From: Candidatus Limnocylindrales bacterium
GTDB lineage: Bacteria > Moduliflexota > Moduliflexia > Moduliflexales > JAUQPW01
DNA: 44,746 nucleotides
NCBI GenBank assembly: GCA_035559535.1
Contig: DATMBG010000036.1
Span: 124,001 to 168,746, forward strand
Direction of reading: 5' to 3'
A program made the translations under genes and the position numbers. Shown here in pieces: positions 19,301 to 27,491 of this stretch. Within the stretch, counting starts at the first letter, position 1. Every line of letters starts with the position of its first letter. The notes under the pieces are model-generated. The model was not told the origin of the DNA, made no database searches, and saw nothing but the letters and a program-made list of their open reading frames with translations.

Positions 19301-20140
19301 AGTTCTCACGGGCAAAATACGCCGGAAATCATAGAACTCCCGCAATCTACTCCTCTACCTCCTCATGTCGCGGCTCGGGTCCTCTGGCAGGGGGGCCGTC
19401 CAAAAATCTACGGTCCCCCACCGACTACTGTCACAGACCGGCTTCCCATCCTCCTGTATCACCGTATCACACCCGACAGTTCCTCCCTGCGTTATTGTGT
19501 AACCCCCCAAATGTTCGAAGAGCAAATCCGTTACCTGCACGAGACCGGGTTCTATAGCATCAGGTTGGAGGATTGGCATACGGCTATGGAAACCCGGCGC
19601 CCCTTGCCGGGTCGAGCCATACTCCTCACCTTTGATGACGGCTATGCCGATTTCCTGACGTATGCATGGCCTGTGCTGAAGCGTTATGGCTTCTCCGCCA
19701 TGGTCTTCCTGGTTGCAGAAGAAATCGGACGTTTGAACCGGTGGGAACTTTTTTATGGAGAAGCAGTCCCTCTGCTTCATTGGGATGAAATTCATCAACT
19801 CCAAAAGGAAGGGGTTGAATTTGGTGCGCATTCGGCCACCCATCGTCCTTTGACGGCACTTTCTATAACTGAGATTGTTCGTGAAGGGGCCCGCTCCCGG
19901 GCAATCCTCCAGCGAGGACTGGGCCGTCCCGTCACGTCCTTTGCCTATCCCTACGGGGAAGTCGACCCGGTCGTTCAACACCTCATAGGAGCCTGTGGCT
20001 ATATCTTCGGCCTGTCTTGCCGACCCGAACGGAGCAGGTTTCAGGATTCCTTACTTGAATTACCTCGAATCGAAGTGACCGGTTCAGATAATTTACAGAC
20101 CTTTATCTCAAAACTCAGTATTAAGCCCGATTCTTCTTAA
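16346..20140 (+). CDS. Trifunctional GT2 / NodS-like SAM methyltransferase / NodB-type (CE4) polysaccharide deacetylase
   Basis: N-terminal GT2 (SVIIPAHN, VDDGSTD, FLDADD, EDWDLW); NodS-like DPWRY...YEQTKY...ALELACAEGHFT...LIVCSEVLYY; CE4 motifs ILLYHR, TFDDGY, HSATH, FAYPYG, LPRIEV; start set at ATG 16346. Confidence 0.88.
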   Translation: MRPSVSVIIPAHNAADTLAQTLESLLVQTVPDWEAIVVDDGSTDRTAFIATSFAERDPRIRTVSQLQKGAGAARNAGIRLAHFDWLLFLDADDWILPPLLERLTDGLIADPGLDAVHCGWARIAPNGEVFSEEGCTLSGDLFAKAACRCPFVIHSCIVRRSLVEMVGGFDSTFQTCEDWDLWQRIARTGARFGRIPDVLSRYRMRGHSLSSNVHQMLTDGLRVITLGHSRDPRVPNPDPAHMDGLPVENLSVTKALFVIWWAFFLIGCGQNPKPLLGRIKENRYLPLDPPVIAQMIFTTVPLALYKTPSAWVELWPSLARPIEEFLLSLEELTSPPGLMRRCSTILERLILDYWSAHIRGSKPQTLSMGTTHAVRIEVTEPIPDLIIPAPAERLHCTVELEGKSLGVIELPICDELVSAQVLTDAIAAKFFWPILGKFFERTIYPGVEIRETSKGLSVWRGAVLLAEGLPKPESQTFFQEIHDQIGWTLFLQEIWARPDWTSSHFYDPQSGDQPATRRHRVAQTRNGNNWLTLEVSGDLPDVEIMDQKLKVIPTVGGTALGIVTISVKGNLIRAQELRAVLTTVGGLELCRMAVREGLIGRPFEEAASLRTRLASVAQKNFRSITPKEPKEVLLVPDWTQTVARALSWDNLIKQPLRSVILARRAHGRIGTSVCRRALLPAAAAPDLIKAALAADEPVIQIHGLNKQSKPTVHLQNLLRQGWNRIWRRNPGYEDTEPPGRVIYVPDLLWQPCRHTSVSPVETKGSDEEPSPQKNRLMGGSSYDRHFFETIFVTQSDPWRYTHPYEQTKYEQTLALLPTLSFDKALELACAEGHFTVQLAPRVRSLMAADISQTALDRAAARCSNCKNVQFIRLDLTKDPLPGRFNLIVCSEVLYYVGRRDSLEAVARKLADALEPGGYLISAHANLVVDEPDRTGFDWNHPFGAKVIGEVLASTPPLRLVKELRTPLYRIQLFQRQYPIQGTYELSSHGQNTPEIIELPQSTPLPPHVAARVLWQGGRPKIYGPPPTTVTDRLPILLYHRITPDSSSLRYCVTPQMFEEQIRYLHETGFYSIRLEDWHTAMETRRPLPGRAILLTFDDGYADFLTYAWPVLKRYGFSAMVFLVAEEIGRLNRWELFYGEAVPLLHWDEIHQLQKEGVEFGAHSATHRPLTALSITEIVREGARSRAILQRGLGRPVTSFAYPYGEVDPVVQHLIGACGYIFGLSCRPERSRFQDSLLELPRIEVTGSDNLQTFISKLSIKPDSS

Positions 20141-20927
20141 GGATGACCAAATCCTGTGCCCCAACCCAGGTTGCCGTACTTCCAGACCAAAGTCCTGGTA
20201 AAGGAGCCTGGACCAGTTCTAAACCTGCCTGAAGAGTAAAACGCTGGATCAGGCTAAATCGGTAGGCGGTCATTTGCTCGGGATTGTCTGGCTCTACAAT
20301 GGCAAAATCGTCATCGTAAGGCCCATAAGGATGATCAAAATTGAATAGGGGTCGTGCAAACCCAGATGGCCTGGGTTGTCCAGGTCGATAATTATCGAGC
20401 AGAAAGAAACTAAATACACAACGCCCACCCGACTTGAGAACTCGGGCTGACTCCCGGAAGTAGTTCAAAGTTGCCTCCGGTAACATATGGGTAAAGACAG
20501 AGGCCGCATAGACAATATCAAAGGTACAATCAGGATAAGGAAAGTGATACACTGCGGCAGATATCCGTCCGGCAGGATTATAACAGGTATTGTGGATATC
20601 GGCCCAGAGGAAACGGAAGTTCGGATAGGCCCTATGGAAAGTTTGCTCAAGAAATATAATTTTATTCCGGCAAATATCAAAACCCTCATAAGAGCCTTCT
20701 GAGGATAAAATATACCGTAAGGGAAAAGCGATTCGCCCGAGTCCACAGCCTATTTCAAGCACAGCACTCTGCCGGGTGATACCGCCATAGATACGGAGTA
20801 ACATACTCCATTCTTCCGCCCATCGGAACCACTCTTCAAGCACTTCAATACCCTCCTGACGCATTAGAGATAAAGGAGGAATAAGATCCGGTTCGTAGGC
20901 AATCTGAGGTTGATTGATAGCATTCAT
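20121..20927 (-). CDS. Class I SAM-dependent methyltransferase
   Basis: VLEIGCGLGR, GFDI, FDIVYAASVFTHM, RVLKSGG. Confidence 0.9.
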   Translation of the reverse strand: MNAINQPQIAYEPDLIPPLSLMRQEGIEVLEEWFRWAEEWSMLLRIYGGITRQSAVLEIGCGLGRIAFPLRYILSSEGSYEGFDICRNKIIFLEQTFHRAYPNFRFLWADIHNTCYNPAGRISAAVYHFPYPDCTFDIVYAASVFTHMLPEATLNYFRESARVLKSGGRCVFSFFLLDNYRPGQPRPSGFARPLFNFDHPYGPYDDDFAIVEPDNPEQMTAYRFSLIQRFTLQAGLELVQAPLPGLWSGSTATWVGAQDLVILKKNRA

Positions 20928-20930
20928 GAT

Positions 20931-21025
20931 AGTTATCGATTTTATTTATCCACGAAGGGTCAAGAAAAATATGAGAATATGGGGGTATGGGTGTAAATTC
21001 TCCCATACCCCCACACTCCCATACT
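20931..21025. repeat. Octamer-hairpin element (family copy 2)
   Basis: AGTTATCGATTTTATTTATCCACGAAGGGTCAAGAAAA followed by aatatggg/ggtatggg, loop TGTAAATTC, tcccatac/ccccacac/tcccatac; collinear with 975-1077. Confidence 0.75.
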
Positions 21026-22227
21026 CACAGTAGAGAGTTGGAGCGAACTTTACGATCATAGCGATAGGTGGCAAAATAGGTCCAAGGGGCATGTAGCATT
21101 CCCCATAGTTCCGCCCAGACCAGCCTGAGAGGAAAGGTATGCCGTCTCAATAAGCCTTTAACCAGGCGATTCAGAAGCCAGCCCACTATCCATTGCCATA
21201 AGGCAAAGTGGAGAACTTTACCACGTCCAACTTGACCTCTACGCCACACTTTGATGAGGTACACTCCAAACGCACATCCGTTATTATAAAGTTGCTGGCG
21301 CAGGCCATCCATATCTCGCCGATGCTGATGCCAGACTAAGGCCGTTGGCTCATAACGCAGCGTCAAACCAGCGGTAAGAATCCTGTGGAACATGTCCAGA
21401 TCACCTCCTCCTCGTGCAGGAGTACCCACATCCAGGGCCGTATCAAAGTTACCGACGATTTCAAAGACGTTTCGGCGAAAAGCCATATTAGCCCCAACCC
21501 CAACGGCATGCACGGCAATGAGGTCTTGGGGACGCAGGGTCTCACGCTGAAATTGGCGAGGTAGCATCCCTTTGCCCATACCACCGTATTGTTCAAATAG
21601 ATGTTGGGCAGGGGTCTCCAATTCAGCAGGCAGGACCAGCCCGGTCATGGCCGATACCTGCGGATCGGCAAACGCAGTAGCAACTCCCTGAAGCCAGCCC
21701 GGATCTACCCTTACATCGTCATCTACATAAGCGATAATGTCATATTGGGCTTCGGCTATACCCCGGTTACGTGCCCAGTTTAATCCGGGTCGATCTTCTC
21801 GTACAGAACGAAATGGCGTTTCAGATACCACCTCGGCCGTTGCTTGATCCCGGGAAGCATTATCCACCACAATCACCTCATACGTTTTATACTCGAGCCG
21901 GCTTAAGGCTTTGAGACACTGTCGTAAGGAATAGGCCCGATCCCTTGTGCAGACAACAATACTGATAGGGAGGTTTAAATCACAGGTAAATTCGGTTCTC
22001 CGTGCGTAGGTAGTTTGCTCTTCAGGGGAAATATTAAGTTGATCGGCAATAGCCTGCTCCAATTGACGGTGGGACAAGGTGACCTGCCAGGGACTTAAGG
22101 TAAGGTACAAAATCCCCAAGGGCCGTCTTCCGTTCCGTACCAATACAAACGCTTGTTGATAACCTTCCAATCCCCAAATCGGGGTTGAGGGTCGACTCAG
22201 ATCGTATTGGATGATATAAGTTCTCAT
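21025..22227 (-). CDS. Glycosyltransferase family 2 with N-terminal accessory module
   Basis: SIVVCTRDR, VVDNA, GLNWARNR, YVDDD, GVGANMAFRR, GGGDLDM; start set at MRTYIIQYD by alignment with paralogs. Confidence 0.9.
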   Translation of the reverse strand: MRTYIIQYDLSRPSTPIWGLEGYQQAFVLVRNGRRPLGILYLTLSPWQVTLSHRQLEQAIADQLNISPEEQTTYARRTEFTCDLNLPISIVVCTRDRAYSLRQCLKALSRLEYKTYEVIVVDNASRDQATAEVVSETPFRSVREDRPGLNWARNRGIAEAQYDIIAYVDDDVRVDPGWLQGVATAFADPQVSAMTGLVLPAELETPAQHLFEQYGGMGKGMLPRQFQRETLRPQDLIAVHAVGVGANMAFRRNVFEIVGNFDTALDVGTPARGGGDLDMFHRILTAGLTLRYEPTALVWHQHRRDMDGLRQQLYNNGCAFGVYLIKVWRRGQVGRGKVLHFALWQWIVGWLLNRLVKGLLRRHTFPLRLVWAELWGMLHAPWTYFATYRYDRKVRSNSLL

Positions 22228-22245
22228 GACTCCAAGGAGAGTAGG

Positions 22246-22338
22246 CTCCCACCTTGTCCCTCCCCCGCTTCGCAGGGGAGGGGACTTTGATGGCAACATT
22301 TCTTCCCCTGCCAAAGTGGGAGAAGGTCAGGGAGGGGG
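22246..22338. repeat. GC-rich REP-like double hairpin
   Basis: cccacct.g.ccctcccc...ggggagggga plus inverted ttcccctgc...gtgggagaaggtcagggaggggg; similar to elements at 32613-33590. Confidence 0.6.
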
Positions 22339-22414
22339 CCTGTTGACAGGTACTTCCCTAAAAAACCTACCTTGATTGGGGAGCGTTCCTTAAGTCAAGG
22401 CCATGGGGGGTTAA

Positions 22415-23710
22415 TCAGGAAGGGATATTTGCATCTTTCTTAAGTCCCCCATTCCTTTGTAAAGTCTGAGGTATCGGACTTGAGTGTTCCAGTTGATCTA
22501 GCATATATAAACCGAGGAGCATAGTTCCATATTGGTAAATCAGTGCCTCCCGAACATGAACAGGTCGTAGGGGCTCGGCACCGATCATCGGTGCAATACG
22601 GCCAAGGGGGATAGTGCCGTACCGCAAACGCACTGCGTCCACAGGATTTTCATTTAGAATCGCCTCAAGGCGTGGCATATCCGTGGCTACATCCAGTTCG
22701 ATTTCATGATAGGTGATTGGCTCCAGGGGGGCATCTTGCTGTAACCGCCGCAGAGCAGACAACGAGCCCAGTTCCCTCTTCACACCACGCCAATAGAAAT
22801 AACTATGCAAACAACCATAGATACGTTCCATCAGACTGGAAAATTTACAGGCCCTGGCAACACGAAGGGGCACCCGGAGTATTTGAGCCAGGAGCGTAGC
22901 CAGTACCGGCTGCCGCCAGAGCAGGTACCAAAGAGGTCGCAGAATTGGGCCTGAAACCGGTCGGCTTAGCGAAAACTCTCGAAACACCTCAGGATGTTTT
23001 TGTACGATTAAGGACTGACCCTGCCCTTCTGCGGTTGCCCTTTGGAGTGAGCGCTCCAAAGATAGTTCACCATGGTGAATACTAGCAGCTTCGCGTATGA
23101 AGCGAAATCGCACCCTCCGCTTCAGGAGTCGTATACCGAACTCGTAATCTTCACCGGCTTTCCCATGAAACCGCTCATCGAACCCTCCCAGGTCATTAAA
23201 TAACTGACGGGGCAATGAAACATTGCCCGTACAGAAATCCCAAAAAGTAAAACGATGGGAAGGTTGTGACCGGGCCTGGAATCCTTTATCCCACCAAAGC
23301 TTAACGGAGATTTCAAAGATATCCGTGATATTTTCACGGACAGCTACCGGAAAATAACCCAATACTACCCCTCCGGGATAGGCGGTATGGGTCGTGAGAT
23401 GTGCCCGAACAAGTTCCGGCGTTGCTTCCATATCATCATCCAGAAAGAGTAGCAAAGGCGCGGTAGCCAAACGGGCACCGTGGTTGCGAGCGGCAGCGGC
23501 TCCCAATGCAGGCTGCTCGACGAATATGAGGGTATAAGGTAACTGGAGTGACCGGACCACATCGGAGGTAGAATCCTGACATCCATCGGCCACTACAATG
23601 ACTTCATAGTCTTCAGGAGCAGTGGTCTGTTTTGCAAGGGCTCCTAACGTGCGAGGTAACATCTCGCTACGGTTGTGGGTCGGAATAATAATACTGATCC
23701 GTGGGGTCAT
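22415..23710 (-). CDS. Glycosyltransferase family 2 with C-terminal accessory module
   Basis: SIIIPTHNR, VADG, GAAAARNHG, FLDDD, TGNVS, GGFDE, GEDYEFG. Confidence 0.9.
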   Translation of the reverse strand: MTPRISIIIPTHNRSEMLPRTLGALAKQTTAPEDYEVIVVADGCQDSTSDVVRSLQLPYTLIFVEQPALGAAAARNHGARLATAPLLLFLDDDMEATPELVRAHLTTHTAYPGGVVLGYFPVAVRENITDIFEISVKLWWDKGFQARSQPSHRFTFWDFCTGNVSLPRQLFNDLGGFDERFHGKAGEDYEFGIRLLKRRVRFRFIREAASIHHGELSLERSLQRATAEGQGQSLIVQKHPEVFREFSLSRPVSGPILRPLWYLLWRQPVLATLLAQILRVPLRVARACKFSSLMERIYGCLHSYFYWRGVKRELGSLSALRRLQQDAPLEPITYHEIELDVATDMPRLEAILNENPVDAVRLRYGTIPLGRIAPMIGAEPLRPVHVREALIYQYGTMLLGLYMLDQLEHSSPIPQTLQRNGGLKKDANIPS

Positions 23711-23726
23711 AAGTTCCCTCCAAAGG

Positions 23727-24935
23727 TTATGTTTGGGGAGTTTTTACTCCAATCAACCGGGTCCTACGTTCACGACGACGGCTGATAAAATAGGCGTAGG
23801 GCGCAATGAAACAACCCCACAACTCTGCCAAAGTCATGGTCAGGGGATAAGCATCAGGATGGCGAAGCACTCCCAACCTGAGATGGCGTAAATGGTGATG
23901 GTGGAACCAGTACCAGGCCACCTGAAGCGCTTGGAGATCTCTATGTTGAAACAGGCAGCGAAGCAGGAACGCATAGGTTCCCACACTGTAACCATAAAGA
24001 GCTTTGCGTAACTCGCCGTAACTACGACGGTGGCGATGCCAGACTACAGCCGCCGGGTCGTATACAATCCGATAGCCGGCCCTCAATAAGCGATAAAAGG
24101 CATAGGTATCTCCACTGGACTGGGTCGCCGTCCCACCGTCAAGTTCCACGGCAAACAAACCGAGTTGATTCAGCAATTGCCGCCGAAATGCCATATTAGC
24201 CCCTGCTCCTACATTGGCTGCTGCAGCGGGTAAAATCGTCTGAGCTGTGAACTCACGTCGCCGGAAACCTCGCCCAAAGCCTCCATACTGCTCAAATAAT
24301 TCCTGGGCTTCGGTCTCCAGTTCAAAGGGCATTACCAGGCCCGTAACAGCAGCAACCTGAGGATCGACAAAGGGTCTAAGCATGGCTTTGATCCAGCCGG
24401 CTTCCACCACCACGTCATCATCGGTATAGATCACAACCTCACCTTTAGCCACCTGTGCGCCTCGGGTCCGGGCCCAGTTCAAGCCTTTACGAGGCTCAAG
24501 TACATAATGTACAGGATAGCCGGTCACCAAGCGAGTCGTGCTGTCATCCGAGGGGGCATTGTCAACGACAATAATTTCAGTGTCCTTCGTGGCTACAGTA
24601 CACAGGGTATCCAGACAACGGCGGAGGTCATCGGTACGGTTACGGGTGCAAATAACCACACTGGCCGATGGCAGCTTTTCTTCAAATACTGGTACTTCAG
24701 CAGAAGTAGGGAGTAGCTCATCAAGGGCAACAACCACAAGTGCTTTATCTAACTTCGCACTTGCCGCTCGCCAGAGATCGACGGCCGTAATGCGACCTCC
24801 CAGGATATCCATCTGTACCTGCCCTAGAGGTTTACCTCGCCAACGTAGCAAGATTAATGCGGTACGATACGGAGACAGATCCTGAATATCCTGGGGGCCA
24901 TAGGCTAAATCTACATCCAAAATTTTTGTGGCCAT
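23727..24935 (-). CDS. Glycosyltransferase family 2 with N-terminal accessory module
   Basis: SVVICTRNR, VVDNAP, GLNWAR, YTDDD, GAGANMAFRR, WHRHRR. Confidence 0.92.
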   Translation of the reverse strand: MATKILDVDLAYGPQDIQDLSPYRTALILLRWRGKPLGQVQMDILGGRITAVDLWRAASAKLDKALVVVALDELLPTSAEVPVFEEKLPSASVVICTRNRTDDLRRCLDTLCTVATKDTEIIVVDNAPSDDSTTRLVTGYPVHYVLEPRKGLNWARTRGAQVAKGEVVIYTDDDVVVEAGWIKAMLRPFVDPQVAAVTGLVMPFELETEAQELFEQYGGFGRGFRRREFTAQTILPAAAANVGAGANMAFRRQLLNQLGLFAVELDGGTATQSSGDTYAFYRLLRAGYRIVYDPAAVVWHRHRRSYGELRKALYGYSVGTYAFLLRCLFQHRDLQALQVAWYWFHHHHLRHLRLGVLRHPDAYPLTMTLAELWGCFIAPYAYFISRRRERRTRLIGVKTPQT

Positions 24936-25094
24936 ATGTCAATCTTTAGTCCTTAAATCGATACTTGAGCAGAGTATAGATCGAGCCAACTCCGCCCCTT
25001 CAGAATATTTTTATTATATTTTTCATAACCCCTTAAAACCAAATTAGGTAGATTTCATAAGTTTATCTCACAGGCTCCTTCATAAAGTATACTT

Positions 25095-25110
25095 TGCATA
25101 TGTTATACCA
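25095..25110 (-). promoter_or_regulatory. Putative sigma-54 promoter of the leftward GT2 operon
   Basis: Minus strand TGGTATAACATATGCA = GG-N10-GC, about 160 bp upstream of ATG 24935. Confidence 0.55.
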
Positions 25111-25335
25111 TTTAAAAGGGTCAACGCCATCCTCCAACCATCACACCTTGGTCGGTGGCCCCTTTTTCTCATTACTCCAGGACTTATTACCGACTGATCC
25201 TACCACATTGTTACTTTTCTGGGATTTGTATGAATAGGTCTCCTATCTAAAAGTTAGACGGTTCTTTGTAAAACAAAGGGGTTATAATCAACCCGATAGG
25301 ACGACCCTGGGGTCATCTAGCATTAAGGAGACTCC

Positions 25336-25351
25336 TGGCACCGCTATTGCA
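25336..25351 (+). promoter_or_regulatory. Sigma-54 promoter of the exosortase-epsI unit
   Basis: TGGCACCGCTATTGCA is an exact TGGCAC-N5-TTGCA consensus. Confidence 0.8.
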
Positions 25352-25430
25352 AAGTTACAGGATGAGTTTATGGAAGGGTCTAAATTATGACTAGGAACAT
25401 AACAAATTCTTCCTTGTTAGGATCTCAAAA

Positions 25431-26330
25431 ATGCGTTATACTATCCCTATAGAAAAAAGTTCTAAATCCGTATCTCATCCCTCCTGGTTGAAGAGAACTT
25501 CAGGTATGAGAATTCAAATCGGCGTTCTAGGTTTACTATTTCTTATTTTGTATTCGCCTCTCTTTCCTATGCTGGTTTACGATTGGAGCCATGACCCCAA
25601 CTACTCCCATGGATTTTTAATCCCTGTGGTTTCCGGTTACCTGGTTTGGCAGCAGAGAGAAAAGTTGGGGTTTCAGAAAGTGAGTCCTTCAAACTGGGGG
25701 TTAGCGATCACAGTTCTCGGCTTGATCCTTTACCTGGTTGCAAATATTGCAGCCGAACTTTATACCATGCGGGTATCTATGCTGATCGTTTTAAGTGGAA
25801 TTATTCTGGCTATATTTGGAAAAAATATCTTTAAGATCTTACTGTTTCCCATAGCCTATCTTCTTTTTATGATCCCGATTCCCTATATTATTTATAATTT
25901 GATCGCCTTTCCCCTTAAAATGTTTGTTACAGCCCAGGCCGAGACCCTTCTTCAGGGGATGGGCATCCCGGTTCTTCGGGAAGGAAATGTTCTTCATATG
26001 TCTACGGGTCCTTTAGAGGTGGTGGATGCCTGTAGTGGCATGAGATCTATCATGTCTCTCCTCGCTTTAAGTGCTGCTTTCGGATATCTTACCCTTAAAA
26101 CCAATTGGAAACGGATTCTTCTTTTCATTTCCGCCATTCCCATCGCTATATTAACCAATTTATTCCGTGTAACATTCACCGGTATCTTAGCAAACTCTTA
26201 TGGTCAGCGAGTAGCTGAAGGATTTTTACATGAATTCTCTGGCATGCTGGTCTTTGGAATGGCTTTGATTTGCTTATTCGGTGTAAGGGGTTTATTATCA
26301 TGGATCAAGCCACAAGAAACTTCCTTATAA
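25431..26330 (+). CDS. xrtA: Exosortase (EpsH/XrtA type)
   Basis: YSHGFLIP, FMIPIP, REGN, catalytic triad contexts ACSGMRS, NLFRV, FLHEFSG; multiple TM helices; exact subtype not determined. Confidence 0.88.
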   Translation: MRYTIPIEKSSKSVSHPSWLKRTSGMRIQIGVLGLLFLILYSPLFPMLVYDWSHDPNYSHGFLIPVVSGYLVWQQREKLGFQKVSPSNWGLAITVLGLILYLVANIAAELYTMRVSMLIVLSGIILAIFGKNIFKILLFPIAYLLFMIPIPYIIYNLIAFPLKMFVTAQAETLLQGMGIPVLREGNVLHMSTGPLEVVDACSGMRSIMSLLALSAAFGYLTLKTNWKRILLFISAIPIAILTNLFRVTFTGILANSYGQRVAEGFLHEFSGMLVFGMALICLFGVRGLLSWIKPQETSL

Positions 26331-26965
26331 TTTGTATACTCCTGGGCTTAACCACAGGGTACCTGCGACTCTTACCTCACGGTCAGGATATTCCTTTGCG
26401 TCAGGATATTCTCACCTTAAATACTCAAATCGGTGACTGGACAGGAAAACCTCATATTCCCTTCTCCCCTGAAGTCCTCGAAAAGCTCCGGGTAGATGAT
26501 TACCTTAATCGTAATTATCAAAATTCCAGAGGAGAAATGATCTCCCTCTATGTGGGCTACTATCGTAATCAACGCCAGGGAGATCTTATCCACTCCCCTC
26601 AACAGTGTCTGCCGGGTGGAGGATGGAACATTACAAAAAGAGAGATTATCTCCATTCCTATCCAGGACGGAAGACGTTCCCATCTTCGGGTCAACCGGTT
26701 TACCCTCCAAAAAGACGATGAAAAAATGCTGGCTTATTACTGGTATGAGGGTCGAGGAAGGACTTTGACCAGCGAGTACCTACAAAAAGTTTATCTTATT
26801 CTGGATGCCATCCGGTATAATCGAACCGATGAAGCGCTGATACGCCTCCTCACCCCCATTCGGAATGATAACCTGGCCGAAGCCGACCGAAACTTGCGGG
26901 ATTTTACCCAGAAAATAGCACCGATCTTGAGTAATCGGTACTTTCCACCTGCCCCTGGGGTTTAG
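26300..26965 (+). CDS. epsI: EpsI-family exosortase-associated protein
   Basis: IGDWTG, LYVGYY, IHSPQQCLPGGGW, YYWY, RTDEALIR; start set at ATG 26300. Confidence 0.9.
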   Translation: MDQATRNFLIICILLGLTTGYLRLLPHGQDIPLRQDILTLNTQIGDWTGKPHIPFSPEVLEKLRVDDYLNRNYQNSRGEMISLYVGYYRNQRQGDLIHSPQQCLPGGGWNITKREIISIPIQDGRRSHLRVNRFTLQKDDEKMLAYYWYEGRGRTLTSEYLQKVYLILDAIRYNRTDEALIRLLTPIRNDNLAEADRNLRDFTQKIAPILSNRYFPPAPGV

Positions 26966-26971
26966 TAGGGA

Positions 26972-26995
26972 AGTGTGGGGGTGTGGGAGTGTGGG
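26972..26995 (+). repeat. Left octamer array (RGTGTGGG)x3
   Basis: agtgtggg ggtgtggg agtgtggg, between the epsI stop and the four-helix-bundle RBS. Confidence 0.85.
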
Positions 26996-27023
26996 AGATG
27001 TTAACAGGAGGTGACTGAAGGGG

Positions 27024-27437
27024 GTGAAGCACTTTCGGCAGTTACGGGTTTATCAAGGGGCATTAGAAGCTGCGATGAAGATTTTTGAACTATCTAAAAA
27101 TTGGCCGAAAGAAGAACGATACTCTTTAACTGATCAAATTCGAAGGTCATCTCGTTCCGTATGCTCCAATATTACAGAAGCATGGTGTAAACGTCGTTAT
27201 GTGGCTCACTTTGTTAGTAAGTTAACAGACGCAGATGGTGAAGCTGCCGAGACCCAATCATGGCTTGACTTTGCTCTACGCTGTGGCTATATTTCTGAAA
27301 CAGACTTTATTGAACTAAATCAGTGTTATGAAGCCATTAGCAGTGGGTTAGTAAGGATGATGGCTGAAGCTGAGAAATGGTGCGGTCCTGCCTCTTTGTT
27401 GAAAGAGGACAGTGTTGATTACGAAATCAGCACTTAA
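27024..27437 (+). CDS. Four helix bundle protein (23S rRNA IVS protein / bAvd-like family)
   Basis: FRQLRVYQ, WPKEERYSLTDQIRRSSRSVCSNITEAW, EAAETQSWL; GTG start with AGGAGGTG RBS. Confidence 0.92.
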   Translation: MKHFRQLRVYQGALEAAMKIFELSKNWPKEERYSLTDQIRRSSRSVCSNITEAWCKRRYVAHFVSKLTDADGEAAETQSWLDFALRCGYISETDFIELNQCYEAISSGLVRMMAEAEKWCGPASLLKEDSVDYEIST

Positions 27438-27451
27438 TTTACTTCTCCACC

Positions 27452-27491
27452 CCCACACTCCCACACCCCCACACCCTCACACCCCCACACT
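27452..27491 (-). repeat. Right octamer array (CCCACACY)x5, inverted relative to 26972-26995
   Basis: cccacact cccacacc cccacacc ctcacacc cccacact, ending next to the prsT stop codon. Confidence 0.85.

Noticed and set aside
19355-19981. 208-aa antisense ORF and the other nested short ORFs in the track
   Set aside because: Fully overlap well-supported genes and lack recognisable motifs
16346-20140. A true nodulation (nodABC) locus
   Set aside because: No NodA acyltransferase, and the GT2 domain is soluble and non-processive rather than NodC-like
22228-22314. N-terminal extension of the GT2 in the ORF track
   Set aside because: Runs through a REP-like hairpin; paralogs begin at the position equivalent to ATG 22227
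27024-27437. Avd gene of a diversity-generating retroelement, or an rRNA intervening sequence
   Set aside because: No reverse transcriptase, no TR/VR pair and no rRNA sequence in the window
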